From: an archaeon
GTDB taxonomy: Archaea > B1Sed10-29 > JAVZDC01
Assembly: GCA_038874115.1 (NCBI GenBank)
Contig: JAVZDC010000001.1
Location: 138,871-202,870, forward strand
Direction: 5' to 3'
Length of the DNA stretch: 64,000 bases
In this document: piece by piece, positions 8,754 to 19,159 of the stretch
How the letters are laid out: every line of letters begins with the position of its first letter
Numbering within the stretch: the first letter of the stretch is position 1
Notes under the pieces: generated by a model
The model's input: only the letters and a program-made list of their open reading frames with translations
Database searches by the model: none
Told to the model about the DNA's origin: nothing
Made by a program: the position numbers and the translations under genes

Positions 8754-10673
8754 ATGCTTTGGAAAACAACTGCGCTCTCGTTGATCATCTTTTTAATATT
8801 TTGTTTACCTGTTTTTTGTTTAAACGTAGATTTAGAAATGAACCCTGTGAATGGGTCAGCACCGTTGCACGTATATTTGAATGCAGTTATTTCTGAAAAC
8901 CAATCTACTCCTGAAATAATTTGGAATATCGAGGATGAGTCCGGGCATGGGATCAGTATTATTGATCAAGATAAAATAGACAATATTTTCCGGGCAGGAA
9001 CGTATAAAATAAATTTGACTGTTGCAGACTCAACTACAAGAAAAAGTGTGACTAAAATCCTAAAAGTTTTTGAGTCCCAAACAGATGCCATGATTGAAAC
9101 AGACTGTAATTTCCCCCAAGACCCTTATAACTATGTCAACATTTATGCAAAAGTAGCAGAATCCGAAGGAAAAAGTTGCTCTGGAGAATTAACCGCAACC
9201 ATCGATGACATGCTTAATGTTAGTTTTAACAAATATTCTGGTTGCTATTTTTCCAAATACATAATACTTCCTGGAGGATTACATAGGGTAACTTTTCAAT
9301 ATAAACATCCAATAGAAACAAAATTTGCGACTTGCATTTTCAAAGTTCCATACCAAACAAATGTGGATATAAAGATATCTGAGCCAAGAGAAAATAAAAC
9401 GTATGCTGTAAATTCTTTGATTTTTGTTGAAGTTACAGGGTTCGTAAATGGTCGAATAGCAAAAGATGGAAAGATTACCGTATATTATGAAAATGAGAGC
9501 GTTGAATTAAACAATTTTAGAGGAGTTTTTAAAGGTTTTATTAAATTTAGAAACACTGGTCTTCAGAACCTTACCTTTGAGTTTAAGTACGGTCTCCTTG
9601 AAACAAAAAAAGAAATAAAGGTAAATATAAGTGAGACTTCGGAAGATGTGGCTGGAGCTAGAATTAAAACATATTTCCCAGCAAATATAAACACGAATGT
9701 ATCTGAATCATTGAGAGTACAAGTTTATAATTGGAAGGGTCTTTTGGAAGAAAATGCAAGAGTGAAGGCTGAAGTTTATTATGATTCCCAAGTCGTAGAT
9801 ACTTTTGACCTGCCGTTGACTGGAGTATTCTATACAAAAGTTTATAGCTTTAAGCACGCCGGAATATTTACATTAAGAATTACTGCAGAGTTTGAAAATA
9901 ATACATTGGTCGATAAAAAAGAAGTAAAGGTTGGAACGCCTGTTGAAATCTCGAAAGTTGAAAATTTTACAATTATAATTTTAAACCCTCAAGAAAACGA
10001 GACCTATTCAACAGAAGCTAATATAAAAGCTATCGCAAAGATTCTTTTAAATAATTCGCCTATTTCGGCAGCAAACGTGCTATTTAAAGTAGATGATGAA
10101 ATATTGAATTCTACTTACGAAGGGTTTGGAGAATATTCTGCTATTTTGCCCATTCTTCCAGAAGGAATACATTCATTAAGTGTGTTCGCAACATACGGTT
10201 CGGACTTTGTAGCGAATAAAAGCATCGATTTTTCGACAAGTGAGCACCGAGTAATAATAAAAGCAACAAATCCGGGAGAAAATGATGAAGTATTTACTGA
10301 GAAAGGAGGGAAAATTGAACTTATAGCAACTGTTGTTGATGAAACTAATGATATTGCGGTAAATGCTTTGGTACTTGGAGAATTAATTAGCCCAAACGGG
10401 ATGAAAACAAACATTCAATTTTCAATGGATCAAAACTCTGGAAGATATATAGGAATATTTTATCCTTTAGAAACAGGAATTTATCAATTAAAAATCACTG
10501 CTAAAAAGCAAGGTCATGTATCAGATTCGGTTTCTTTAAGATTTAAAATCACAGTTAAAGAAGAAAAAATTTCGTTGCTTGGCTTTTTAACAACTGAAAA
10601 TTTAGTCTTGATTGCGATAGTTTTAGGTATAATTGCGCTTTTATTAATCATATTTAAATTTTTGTTACATTGA
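8754..10673 (+). CDS. Cell-surface protein with Ig-like/beta-sandwich repeats, an N-terminal signal and a C-terminal TM anchor
   Basis: The N-terminus is hydrophobic and the C-terminus LVLIAIVLGIIALLLIIFKFLLH is a TM anchor. NxS/T sequons are frequent; 639 aa. Confidence 0.55.
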   Translation: MLWKTTALSLIIFLIFCLPVFCLNVDLEMNPVNGSAPLHVYLNAVISENQSTPEIIWNIEDESGHGISIIDQDKIDNIFRAGTYKINLTVADSTTRKSVTKILKVFESQTDAMIETDCNFPQDPYNYVNIYAKVAESEGKSCSGELTATIDDMLNVSFNKYSGCYFSKYIILPGGLHRVTFQYKHPIETKFATCIFKVPYQTNVDIKISEPRENKTYAVNSLIFVEVTGFVNGRIAKDGKITVYYENESVELNNFRGVFKGFIKFRNTGLQNLTFEFKYGLLETKKEIKVNISETSEDVAGARIKTYFPANINTNVSESLRVQVYNWKGLLEENARVKAEVYYDSQVVDTFDLPLTGVFYTKVYSFKHAGIFTLRITAEFENNTLVDKKEVKVGTPVEISKVENFTIIILNPQENETYSTEANIKAIAKILLNNSPISAANVLFKVDDEILNSTYEGFGEYSAILPILPEGIHSLSVFATYGSDFVANKSIDFSTSEHRVIIKATNPGENDEVFTEKGGKIELIATVVDETNDIAVNALVLGELISPNGMKTNIQFSMDQNSGRYIGIFYPLETGIYQLKITAKKQGHVSDSVSLRFKITVKEEKISLLGFLTTENLVLIAIVLGIIALLLIIFKFLLH

Positions 10674-10682
10674 AGGGATTGA

Positions 10683-11828
10683 ATGAAACTATTCGTAGAA
10701 AAATTGGTTGAAAATAAAAACGAGTTTGAACTTGTGGAAAGAAAAGGTCTTGGCCATCCAGACACAATATGCGACTCTATTTGTGAAAGTATATCCATCT
10801 CCCTTTGCAAAGAGTATTTGGAGAAATTTGGATTTATTGCTCATCATAACATCGATAAAGGTCTTCTTGCAGCAGGAGAGTCAAGAGTAAGGTTTGGAGG
10901 CGGAGAAGTTACAAAACCCATGAAAATGATAGTAGGAGACAGGGCAACACGAGAATGGAACGGTATTGAAATAGATCTAGATAAAATAATTTATGAAACT
11001 ACGAGAAAATGGTTTTTAGAGAATTTAAGATTTGTAAAACAAGAACATTTTGAAATAGAAAATGTATTAAAGCCAACTTCGCCAGAACTTGCAAGGATTT
11101 TTAAAGAAAAAGATGTTCCTGGCTCAAACGATACTTCTGCAGCTTTCGGATATTATCCTTTGTCTGAACTTGAAAAAATAGTTCTTGATACTGAATTGTA
11201 CTTAAATTCAAAGGATTATAAAAAAAGTTTTCCAGAAACCGGGGAAGACATAAAGATAATGGGGATCAGGAAAAAAAAGGAGGTTGAGCTCACGATAGCA
11301 ATGAGTTTTATAGATTCTTTAATAGAATCAGAAGAAGACTATTTTAGAAAAAAAGAAGAAGTTTTAGAAGATTTAAAAGATAAAACCGGAATTAAAGGTA
11401 TTACGTTGAACAATCTAGATAAAAAGGGCTTTGGGCTTGAAGGAATTTATTTAACTGTGACAGGAACTTCAGCAGAGAGTGGGGATTCTGGCCAAGTTGG
11501 AAGAGGAAACAGAGTAAATGGAGTTATTTCTTTTTACAGACCATTCAGTAGTGAAGCTGCGGCTGGAAAAAATCCTGTAGCACATATAGGTAAAATTTAT
11601 AATGTTTTAAGTCATGTATTGGCTAAAGAGATTTATGAAAAAACAGGGGAGAAAACGTACATTTGGATTGTAAACAAAATTGGAAATCCGATAGACGATC
11701 CACTTATATTAATTCGTCTAAAAGATGTTACTCGTTCGAAAGAAGTAGAGGAAATAATAAACAAATATTTTTCAAACTTGCGTAAATTTTGCTTAGATCT
11801 TGCTAAAGGAAAATATAAAATATGCTGA
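10683..11828 (+). CDS. metK: Archaeal-type S-adenosylmethionine synthetase
   Basis: ERKGLGHPDTICDSI matches the archaeal MAT motif (ERKGxGHPDSICD); 381 aa. Confidence 0.8.
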   Translation: MKLFVEKLVENKNEFELVERKGLGHPDTICDSICESISISLCKEYLEKFGFIAHHNIDKGLLAAGESRVRFGGGEVTKPMKMIVGDRATREWNGIEIDLDKIIYETTRKWFLENLRFVKQEHFEIENVLKPTSPELARIFKEKDVPGSNDTSAAFGYYPLSELEKIVLDTELYLNSKDYKKSFPETGEDIKIMGIRKKKEVELTIAMSFIDSLIESEEDYFRKKEEVLEDLKDKTGIKGITLNNLDKKGFGLEGIYLTVTGTSAESGDSGQVGRGNRVNGVISFYRPFSSEAAAGKNPVAHIGKIYNVLSHVLAKEIYEKTGEKTYIWIVNKIGNPIDDPLILIRLKDVTRSKEVEEIINKYFSNLRKFCLDLAKGKYKIC

Positions 11829-11855
11829 ATTAATTTTATAATGAAAGGTGATCTT

Positions 11856-12251
11856 ATGGCAGATGAATTAAAAACTGTTCCAAATCAACCAGTGGAACCT
11901 GAGGAGGAAGTTGGGGAAAAAGAAGCAGAATCGTTAGTTTTCCCAAATGCAGTGATTGTAAGAGAATTAAGAAAACACATATCAAAAGAAAAATTAATAA
12001 AAAAAGAGGTTAAGATAGCTGTGAACAAATTTTTGGCTGAAATTTTGGCACAGATTGCAAAAGAGATGGATAAATTCCCTTACGCAACAATAGATTACAG
12101 AATGTTTGAAGAATCTATAAAACCATTCAAGCAAGCAAAAGAAATCAAACTTGAAAAAACAAGATTAATAAAACATTTAGACGCGATCATCGAAGACTGC
12201 AACTCAATTAAAAGAGATTTAGAGGAAAAATTTAAAGAGAGTTTAGAATAA
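11856..12251 (+). CDS. Histone-fold domain protein with N- and C-terminal extensions
   Basis: FPNAVIVRELRK...LAEILAQIAKEM...YATIDYRMFEESI aligns with HMfB-type LPIAPIGRIIK...LAKILEEMGRDIA...RKTIKAEDIELA. The start is moved to the ATG at 11856 because a strong SD (AGGTGATC) precedes it; the track ORF begins at 11841. Confidence 0.4.
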   Translation: MADELKTVPNQPVEPEEEVGEKEAESLVFPNAVIVRELRKHISKEKLIKKEVKIAVNKFLAEILAQIAKEMDKFPYATIDYRMFEESIKPFKQAKEIKLEKTRLIKHLDAIIEDCNSIKRDLEEKFKESLE

Positions 12252-12716
12252 TTAAACCAATAAATTTTCCATTTCCATCTTTATTATTTCTCCTGTTTCT
12301 GCATTTATTTTTACAACCACGATTTTAAAATCGCTTGTTATAAAAATAAAATGCCAGATTGGCTTCCCAAGTTCTGCATTTAAAGTTACAAGCAAACTTA
12401 CTTCTTTTTTCCCAATTTTTTTAAATTCTTTAGCCGCTTTTTCTAACATATTCTCTGGGTTTGTTTTTATGAGTTTTTCATCCAAAGAGAACTCGGACAT
12501 CTTGATTGGTTTTTCTGGTTGAGATAGACTATTTAATCGATAATCGAACTGAATAACTAAATTCTTTTCTTGGTTAGCGTACACTAGAATCCAATCATTT
12601 AACCCTTTTGTCCGATCTCGAATGCAATATGCTAAATTAAGATGATATCCAGATTCTAAAATTTGCTCTACTTCTTTATTTTTTTTAGCAAGACTTAAAA
12701 CTTCTTTAAAATGCAT
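12252..12716 (-). CDS. Hypothetical protein
   Basis: 154 aa ORF convergent with the histone-fold gene; the two stop codons abut (TAATTA). Confidence 0.4.
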   Translation of the reverse strand: MHFKEVLSLAKKNKEVEQILESGYHLNLAYCIRDRTKGLNDWILVYANQEKNLVIQFDYRLNSLSQPEKPIKMSEFSLDEKLIKTNPENMLEKAAKEFKKIGKKEVSLLVTLNAELGKPIWHFIFITSDFKIVVVKINAETGEIIKMEMENLLV

Positions 12717-12747
12717 AATTTTTTAAATAACATTAAAACTATTTAAA

Positions 12748-14535
12748 ATGATGAGTTCTCAGAGCCAAGTAAAAATTTTAGATCTTACTAAATATTTGAA
12801 AGGATTGCCAAATGAAAAAAAGACGATAAGCTACATGTTAATAACTGGAATAGTATTCTTTGCAGCAATTATTTCAATTCAAAATAGTTTTCTAAGTGCA
12901 GGTCTTACTACTTTGATTTATATTTGGATGCCTACGATATTCTCTGCATTGTTTATGGTTCCAATAAGTAAGCTTTTAAGAACTCCGATAAACAGAAACC
13001 AGGCTTTTTATCTTTCGTTTGTGTGTATGGCACTAACAGCTACTTTATTGTTATCAGGACTCTACATACAAAAATTCGTTGGGCTAAATTCCATAAATTT
13101 CTTTATTTTTGGGCTTTCGATCACTTTTATTTTTCAAGTTTTAGTATTTTGGTTAATATTTTCATACAGAATAACAAAAAGTTGCCTTATGGCGAGTATT
13201 TATCCTATATTTTGCTTAATCTCAATTGAACTTGGTAGTTTTCTAACAATTTTCCAAACTTTCCCTCCAGAAATCGTTTTTGCTAAATTTCTGATATCTT
13301 TAAGTATCTTTTTAATTGGGATTTGTATTTTCCTTATACTACTTGATGCTCCTGCAAAAGCTAATTTTGGGGTTAGTGCTTGGAGACTTGGGCAAAGTTT
13401 ATTGTCTGAAATACTTTCAGGTAAAAGCGACGTAGAGAAAAAACTTTTAAAACTTGCGGAAAAAACAGATGTCCTTGTTGGCTTGTTAAATTTTAAAACT
13501 AAGAAAAAGAATGAAATATTACTTGTAACTCCGTATATCCATCTTGGGCCTTTTGGTAGTTTAGGTGGAGCAAAATTCTCTGAATTTTTAATTAAAACTA
13601 TTGAACAAAATCCAAATAAAAAAGTAATTATAACGCATGGGACAGCAACACATGATTTAAACCCGATTGGAGAAAAAACCATAGAAAAAATAATTTCTGA
13701 AATTAAAAAAGAATCTGAAAAAATGGAGTATTATGAAACCGCATCTATGCCTGTTTTTTTAAAAATGAACGACTGCCAATTTTTAGCTCAGAAATTTGGC
13801 GACACAATTTTCTCCATATCTTCTTTTGCTCCTAAACCTACTGAAGACATTGACTTTGCGATAGGATTAGCAATGATTGCTCATCTTGGAAAAGCGATAC
13901 ATAGCGATGCTCATAATTCTTGTAGGCCTGGGCATCACACAATATTTTCCGGAGATTTAAGACAATATGAGTTAATAGATGGGGCAAAAAAATTGTCTAC
14001 TTTAATAGGAGACGCGAAATATAAATTGAAAGTTGGATTCTCAAAAGATGATTTTAAAGGATATTCTGAAAGGCATGGGATAGGGAAAGGAGGTTTAAGA
14101 ATATTGGTAACAGAAGTCAACAAAATTAGAACAGCTTATATAGTATTAGACGGAAATAATTTAATTCCAGGTTTAAGAGAAAAAATAATAAAAGAAGCGA
14201 AAAAATATGTTGAATATGCTGAAGTAATGACTTCTGATTCGCATGCAGTAAACACTGGAGATATTGGATATAATCCAATTGGTTTAAAAATACCTGAAAA
14301 GGAAATAATTAATCGGGTGATTAATACTTTGAAAGAAGCTATTAAAAACTTGGATGATTCAGAAATTGGAACAAAAATTATCAAGATAAAAGGAATTCCT
14401 GTTTTTGGCCCACACAAAGCTAGTGAACTAGTCTCAACTATAAATTCCACTGTTGCTTTTTTAAAGATAACAACACCTATCCTAACATGTTTAACGATGG
14501 CGCTTGCTCTTCTAAGTATTTTCGCATTGGGTTAG
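12748..14535 (+). CDS. Polytopic membrane protein with a large His-rich C-terminal domain (DUF2070-like architecture)
   Basis: About 6 N-terminal TM helices plus a roughly 350 aa soluble domain with HGTATHDLNP, SDAHNS and TSDSHAVNT motifs, and a final TM helix. Confidence 0.4.
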   Translation: MMSSQSQVKILDLTKYLKGLPNEKKTISYMLITGIVFFAAIISIQNSFLSAGLTTLIYIWMPTIFSALFMVPISKLLRTPINRNQAFYLSFVCMALTATLLLSGLYIQKFVGLNSINFFIFGLSITFIFQVLVFWLIFSYRITKSCLMASIYPIFCLISIELGSFLTIFQTFPPEIVFAKFLISLSIFLIGICIFLILLDAPAKANFGVSAWRLGQSLLSEILSGKSDVEKKLLKLAEKTDVLVGLLNFKTKKKNEILLVTPYIHLGPFGSLGGAKFSEFLIKTIEQNPNKKVIITHGTATHDLNPIGEKTIEKIISEIKKESEKMEYYETASMPVFLKMNDCQFLAQKFGDTIFSISSFAPKPTEDIDFAIGLAMIAHLGKAIHSDAHNSCRPGHHTIFSGDLRQYELIDGAKKLSTLIGDAKYKLKVGFSKDDFKGYSERHGIGKGGLRILVTEVNKIRTAYIVLDGNNLIPGLREKIIKEAKKYVEYAEVMTSDSHAVNTGDIGYNPIGLKIPEKEIINRVINTLKEAIKNLDDSEIGTKIIKIKGIPVFGPHKASELVSTINSTVAFLKITTPILTCLTMALALLSIFALG

Positions 14536-14538
14536 TGT

Positions 14539-15642
14539 ATGAACATGAAAATCGGGTGGTTTACTGAAACATACTATCCTCAAATGAATGGGGTGGTAAG
14601 CTCCATTCAGAAAACTGGTGCGGAACTTGTAAAAAGAGGGTATGAAATCCACTTGTTTTGCCCAAAAACAAGCGTAAAAAATAGTATTTTTAAAATACAT
14701 GAAGCTTTTTCATTTACTTTCCCACCTTATCCTGAATTTAAAGTTGGTATACCGCTAAAAATGGATTGCCCAAAGATGGATCTTGTGCACACTCACGGAC
14801 CTTTCTTTATGGGAAGGTATGGAGTTAAAATCGCAAAGAAACAAAAAATTCCAAAAATAAGTACTTTTCACACTCTCTTATCAGACTACGTTGAATACAT
14901 TACTCCGATTGGAAAAAGATTTGCAAGATTTTTAACTTGGAAATATTGCGAAATGCATTATTCTAAATACGATAAATTAATTGTACCAAGTAAAGCATTG
15001 GAAAAAGTTCTTGGGGAAAGAGTTAAACGGCCTATCTCCGTTGTCCCTACAGGAGTAGATTTATCCTTTTTTAAACCTGTGGAAAATGCGCGAGAAAAAC
15101 TTGGCTTGCCTGAGGATAAAAAAATATTTTTATCGGTTGGACGATTAAGTTATGAAAAAAATATCGACGTTCTAATTAAAGCGATGGAAAAAATAGATGA
15201 CGGTTTGCTTTTGATAGGGGGAAGAGGGCCTGCTGAAAATTATTTGAAAGAATGCATAAATAAATGTAATGTTTCAGAAAAAGTTAAACTTTTAGGTTTT
15301 ATAGATCAGAAAGATTTGCCTGCATATTATTCTGCAGCAGATTTTTTCTTAATTGCTTCTTTAAGTGAGACTCAAGCAATTGTTGTTTTAGAAGCCATGG
15401 CTTGCGGAACTCCAGTCATAGGTGTAAATTATCTTGCCATCCCTGAATTTATTCAAAATGGAGTAAATGGATTTATATTTAACCCGAACTCTGTAGAAGA
15501 TCTTGCGGATAAAATGAATGAAAAATGTACTCCAACAATGCGAAGAAAAGCTTTAGAAACTGCGCAAAATTACTCGATAGAAAAATGTACGGACATTTTA
15601 GAAAAAATATATGAAGAATTGGTTAACGCAAAAACTACTTGA
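14539..15642 (+). CDS. Glycosyltransferase family 1
   Basis: GT4 pattern: KIGWFTETYYPQMNGV...E(X7)E-like C-terminal half. Confidence 0.7.
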   Translation: MNMKIGWFTETYYPQMNGVVSSIQKTGAELVKRGYEIHLFCPKTSVKNSIFKIHEAFSFTFPPYPEFKVGIPLKMDCPKMDLVHTHGPFFMGRYGVKIAKKQKIPKISTFHTLLSDYVEYITPIGKRFARFLTWKYCEMHYSKYDKLIVPSKALEKVLGERVKRPISVVPTGVDLSFFKPVENAREKLGLPEDKKIFLSVGRLSYEKNIDVLIKAMEKIDDGLLLIGGRGPAENYLKECINKCNVSEKVKLLGFIDQKDLPAYYSAADFFLIASLSETQAIVVLEAMACGTPVIGVNYLAIPEFIQNGVNGFIFNPNSVEDLADKMNEKCTPTMRRKALETAQNYSIEKCTDILEKIYEELVNAKTT

Positions 15643-16840
15643 ATTCTCTTAAAACTCTTTCATAGAAATCGATGGTTTTTTTGGAAATTATTTCCCAATC
15701 GAACTTTTTGAGTGCAATCTCTCTACTTTTCTTCCCCATTTTTTCTCTAAGGGTTTTGTCTCCTAAAAGGATATTTAACTTTTCCGCTAATGCTGCTGAA
15801 GATCTTTTTGGAACAATAAACCCATTCACCCCATTATCGACTATTTCTGGATTCCCACCAGCATCTGTAGCCACTAAAGGCCTCCCACATGCAAGAGCTT
15901 CTAACAAAGAAAATGGTAAAACTTCCCACAAAGATGGCAGAACATAAACATCACAGCTCGAATAGAGAGCTGGCATTTTTTCGTCAGGGATAAATCCTGG
16001 AAATATTACGTTTTTTGAAATACCAAATTTTTTGGCTTTGAGCATCAGAGATTTCAAAGAATTCCCTCTTCCACAGATGACAAGCCTTGTTTTAGGATAC
16101 TCTTTTAAAACTTCAGGGAATGCTTTTAAAAGATAATGGACTCCTTTTTGAGGTATAAGCCTTCCGGTGAAAAGCACAAGATAGTCTAAACCATCTAAAA
16201 AACCATCTCGTAATGATGGCTCAACTGGCTTAAACTTTTCAACATCTATGCCATTGTGAATAACTTCGATTTTATCTGGATTTATTCCTGGATACATACA
16301 AATATCCCATTTTGCGGCTTCGCTCACAGATATTATTCTATATGCTTTTTTCAAGATTTCTATTCCGTATGCTTTTTCATATGAGTACCCTAAAACAGAT
16401 ACTACATGATTAATCCCGAAAGGTCGAGCATTGTGTAATGTTAACACTCCTGGCTTTCCAATTTTTGCTGCAAATTTAATGGAATAAGCAAAATCTGGGA
16501 ACCATCTTCCATGACAATTAAAGACATCAAAATTATATTTCTTATGTAAATCTTCCAATGCTTTTTTAGCAGACGGAGCGACAGTAAGTGGAGGAGGATA
16601 AATTAAAGGCATTGCGACTTGGTAGCTTGGAATTCTGTGAACGTGCATCCCGAAAACTTTTTCTGATTTTTTTGTATTTTTTATTCTAGAAGTTAATACA
16701 TGCACTTCAAACTTCCTGGCCAACCTTTTTCCATTTTCTAAAATATGGTATTCCGTTCCTCCAGAATAAGGGTAAAAAAATGCATTTGAAATACAAAGTT
16801 TAACTTTTCTCATCAAAATATTTTTATGTAACAAAATCAA
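15635..16840 (-). CDS. Glycosyltransferase family 1
   Basis: GT4 pattern: FTGRLIPQKGVHYLLKAF...GRPLVATDAGGNPEIV. It is convergent with 14539..15642 and overlaps it by 8 nt. Confidence 0.7.
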   Translation of the reverse strand: MILLHKNILMRKVKLCISNAFFYPYSGGTEYHILENGKRLARKFEVHVLTSRIKNTKKSEKVFGMHVHRIPSYQVAMPLIYPPPLTVAPSAKKALEDLHKKYNFDVFNCHGRWFPDFAYSIKFAAKIGKPGVLTLHNARPFGINHVVSVLGYSYEKAYGIEILKKAYRIISVSEAAKWDICMYPGINPDKIEVIHNGIDVEKFKPVEPSLRDGFLDGLDYLVLFTGRLIPQKGVHYLLKAFPEVLKEYPKTRLVICGRGNSLKSLMLKAKKFGISKNVIFPGFIPDEKMPALYSSCDVYVLPSLWEVLPFSLLEALACGRPLVATDAGGNPEIVDNGVNGFIVPKRSSAALAEKLNILLGDKTLREKMGKKSREIALKKFDWEIISKKTIDFYERVLREFK

Positions 16841-16940
16841 TAAAAAAGTTACGGAAGTATCAAATTTATAGCAAACATTTTTAAATACAGGTAGAATACT
16901 AAAAATGACACATTTTTTAAATTTTTAAAGAGGTGGAAGA

Positions 16941-17159
16941 ATGGCAGAATTAACACCTAATGAAAAAAAGATTGTGGATGCACTTATTCAGCTTGGAGCA
17001 AAAGATGAAAGTCATTTAAAAACTGCAGACGATGTTATGAGAGCAACAAAATTGCCAAAAGGAATTGTAGGCGGTGCACTCACAGAACTTACGAAAAAAG
17101 GAGTAGTTAAAAGAGTTGCGAGAGAAAAAGCTGCAGGATATTATGTTATATCCCAATAA
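16941..17159 (+). CDS. Small winged-helix-like DNA-binding protein, hypothetical
   Basis: 72 aa; the helix-turn pattern LPKGIVGGALTELTKKGVVKRV is wHTH-like, and it is preceded by an SD-like GAGGTGG. Confidence 0.35.
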   Translation: MAELTPNEKKIVDALIQLGAKDESHLKTADDVMRATKLPKGIVGGALTELTKKGVVKRVAREKAAGYYVISQ

Positions 17160-17168
17160 TGAGATCTT

Positions 17169-18461
17169 ATGCAACCCGATTTAAAACTCTTTTTATTTTT
17201 AATTTTTAGTATTTCTTTTGGTTATTCAATAACGCTTGGCGCGGAAGATGCTGCAAAAAAGATAAGTCCATATGCTTTTTCAGGAGAAGCGTTGGACATA
17301 AAACCCACTCAAGTAGTTTATTTTGAAGGGAAAGAATATTGGGTTGTGGAGCTTAAATCGTTAGGAGAAATATATGCTTTATTTGTGGTAGATGCGAACA
17401 CTGGCGAAATATTCGCTGGGCCAGGTTCTAAAATTCCAATGAAAATACATTACTTGGCAAACAAATTTCAACCAGAAAGTACTTTTGATAGTTATCTTGG
17501 AGAAAGTTTAAGTACAACACGAAATTTTCAGACAAATTTAGAAAGTAAGAAAAGTGAAATAAAAGACCGAGTGCAATCGACAAATATCTCTTTTTCAGAA
17601 TATAATGACTTAATGAATGCGATCGAAAACGGGATAAAAAAAGCTGAAAATTCGGCTCAGATCATAATTACTTTACAAAATGAAATGAGAAACATTACAT
17701 CTGAGGCTGCGTTTAACAAAGTAATAACTGATGTACGCCTTTATTTTGATACTCAGAGTGCTTTCTACGCGTCTTTGGATACAGTTTTAAAAGAATCAGA
17801 AGATTTTAAAGACGAGATTTCTGAGAAGCAAAACAATGGAGAAATTACTCCAGAAATGGCTTTTGTTTTGAAAGGTTCAGCCTCATTCGATTATGGAAAA
17901 ACATTAAAAGATATGAAAGATAAATTGAACTCGACAAAAAACACGATAAACTTATTTCTTGATTCGATAGATGAAAAAGTGGGTTTATTTTATGCAAAAA
18001 TGTTGGCGAGATTGAATGCAAGCGAACCGGAAACACAAAAACAAAAGATGATAGAAAGAATAAATAATCTAATTACAAGGCATTCTTATTTGGTGTCGAG
18101 CGCAAATAAGTTGAGTCAAGATTGCTTAGAAAAACTTAACGTAATTTCTAAATTAAATTCAATCCAAAACTTTTTGACTAAAGCGAGAGAAATATGTGGG
18201 GGATTAAACACTAGCGCATGTCTCGCTCTATCTTCAGAACTAGATAAAATGGAGTTATTGGCAAACCAAGTCAATGCTAGCTTAAAAAAAGGATGCGAGG
18301 AAGAACAGCCTATCGAAGAACAAAAAGAGGGGGTAAACTGGCTTTTGGTTGGGGGGATTATTGCAATTCTTGTCTTCATTTTTATTTTCTTTTATATGAA
18401 AAAAGGAGAGGGGGAGGAACGTGTGGAGCAAAGTTCTCCTTGGGCTTATTTTGAGCGTTAA
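17169..18461 (+). CDS. Secreted coiled-coil surface protein with a C-terminal TM anchor
   Basis: Signal-peptide-like N-terminus, long predicted coiled-coil segment, C-terminal TM WLLVGGIIAILVFIFIFFY. Confidence 0.45.
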   Translation: MQPDLKLFLFLIFSISFGYSITLGAEDAAKKISPYAFSGEALDIKPTQVVYFEGKEYWVVELKSLGEIYALFVVDANTGEIFAGPGSKIPMKIHYLANKFQPESTFDSYLGESLSTTRNFQTNLESKKSEIKDRVQSTNISFSEYNDLMNAIENGIKKAENSAQIIITLQNEMRNITSEAAFNKVITDVRLYFDTQSAFYASLDTVLKESEDFKDEISEKQNNGEITPEMAFVLKGSASFDYGKTLKDMKDKLNSTKNTINLFLDSIDEKVGLFYAKMLARLNASEPETQKQKMIERINNLITRHSYLVSSANKLSQDCLEKLNVISKLNSIQNFLTKAREICGGLNTSACLALSSELDKMELLANQVNASLKKGCEEEQPIEEQKEGVNWLLVGGIIAILVFIFIFFYMKKGEGEERVEQSSPWAYFER

Positions 18462-19152
18462 CGTTGTTTTCAGTGCATTGCTTATTTCAGAAGCGAACAT
18501 AAGTAAAGATAAAATTTATTCTGGAGAAAAAATATCTTTATTTGTAGAGCTAATTTCAACTTCTGACGAAAAAAATTTTATACTTATTCACTCGAATGCA
18601 TTAAGCTTGGATGTGAACCAATCGATTTCAATTAGAAAAGGGGAAAGATACACGAAAGAATTTGAAATTACTATTCCTGAAGGAGTTCATCCTGGAATAT
18701 ATAAAATAAACTTAATTACTTTCAATGATAAAAAAGATGTTTCCCTTGAAATTAAAGAACTTCCAATTAGTTTAAAGTATGAATTTAAACCAGGCGTTCT
18801 TCTGGAAAATGAAAACTGCTCTTTAAATGTTTCAATAATCGCAAAGTCAAACATAAGGAATATTGAGCTGAAACTCGAGCTTCCAAAAGACTTCAAAGCT
18901 TTAACTTATTTAGATTTTCAAGCATCAAAATTGTCATCAAACCAAGAAACAAGTACAACTTTTGGATTTTCACCAATGAAAAGCGGCACTTATACATTAA
19001 TTCTTGAAATGTCTTTCGAGGATGAATTGGGCAAACATAAACAAGTAAAATATATAGGCACAATGGTAGGCCAACAAACAAATCTTGAAATAGTTTTAAT
19101 AATAATTTTAATAGTTTTAGCTGGAATCTTGATACTAAAAAGAATAATTTAG
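18421..19152 (+). CDS. Surface protein with a CARDB/Ig-like domain and a C-terminal TM anchor
   Basis: Signal peptide, the motif YTKEFEITIPEGVHPGIYKINL, and C-terminal TM LEIVLIIILIVLAGILIL. Confidence 0.45.
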   Translation: MWSKVLLGLILSVNVVFSALLISEANISKDKIYSGEKISLFVELISTSDEKNFILIHSNALSLDVNQSISIRKGERYTKEFEITIPEGVHPGIYKINLITFNDKKDVSLEIKELPISLKYEFKPGVLLENENCSLNVSIIAKSNIRNIELKLELPKDFKALTYLDFQASKLSSNQETSTTFGFSPMKSGTYTLILEMSFEDELGKHKQVKYIGTMVGQQTNLEIVLIIILIVLAGILILKRII

Positions 19153-19159
19153 ATCTAAT

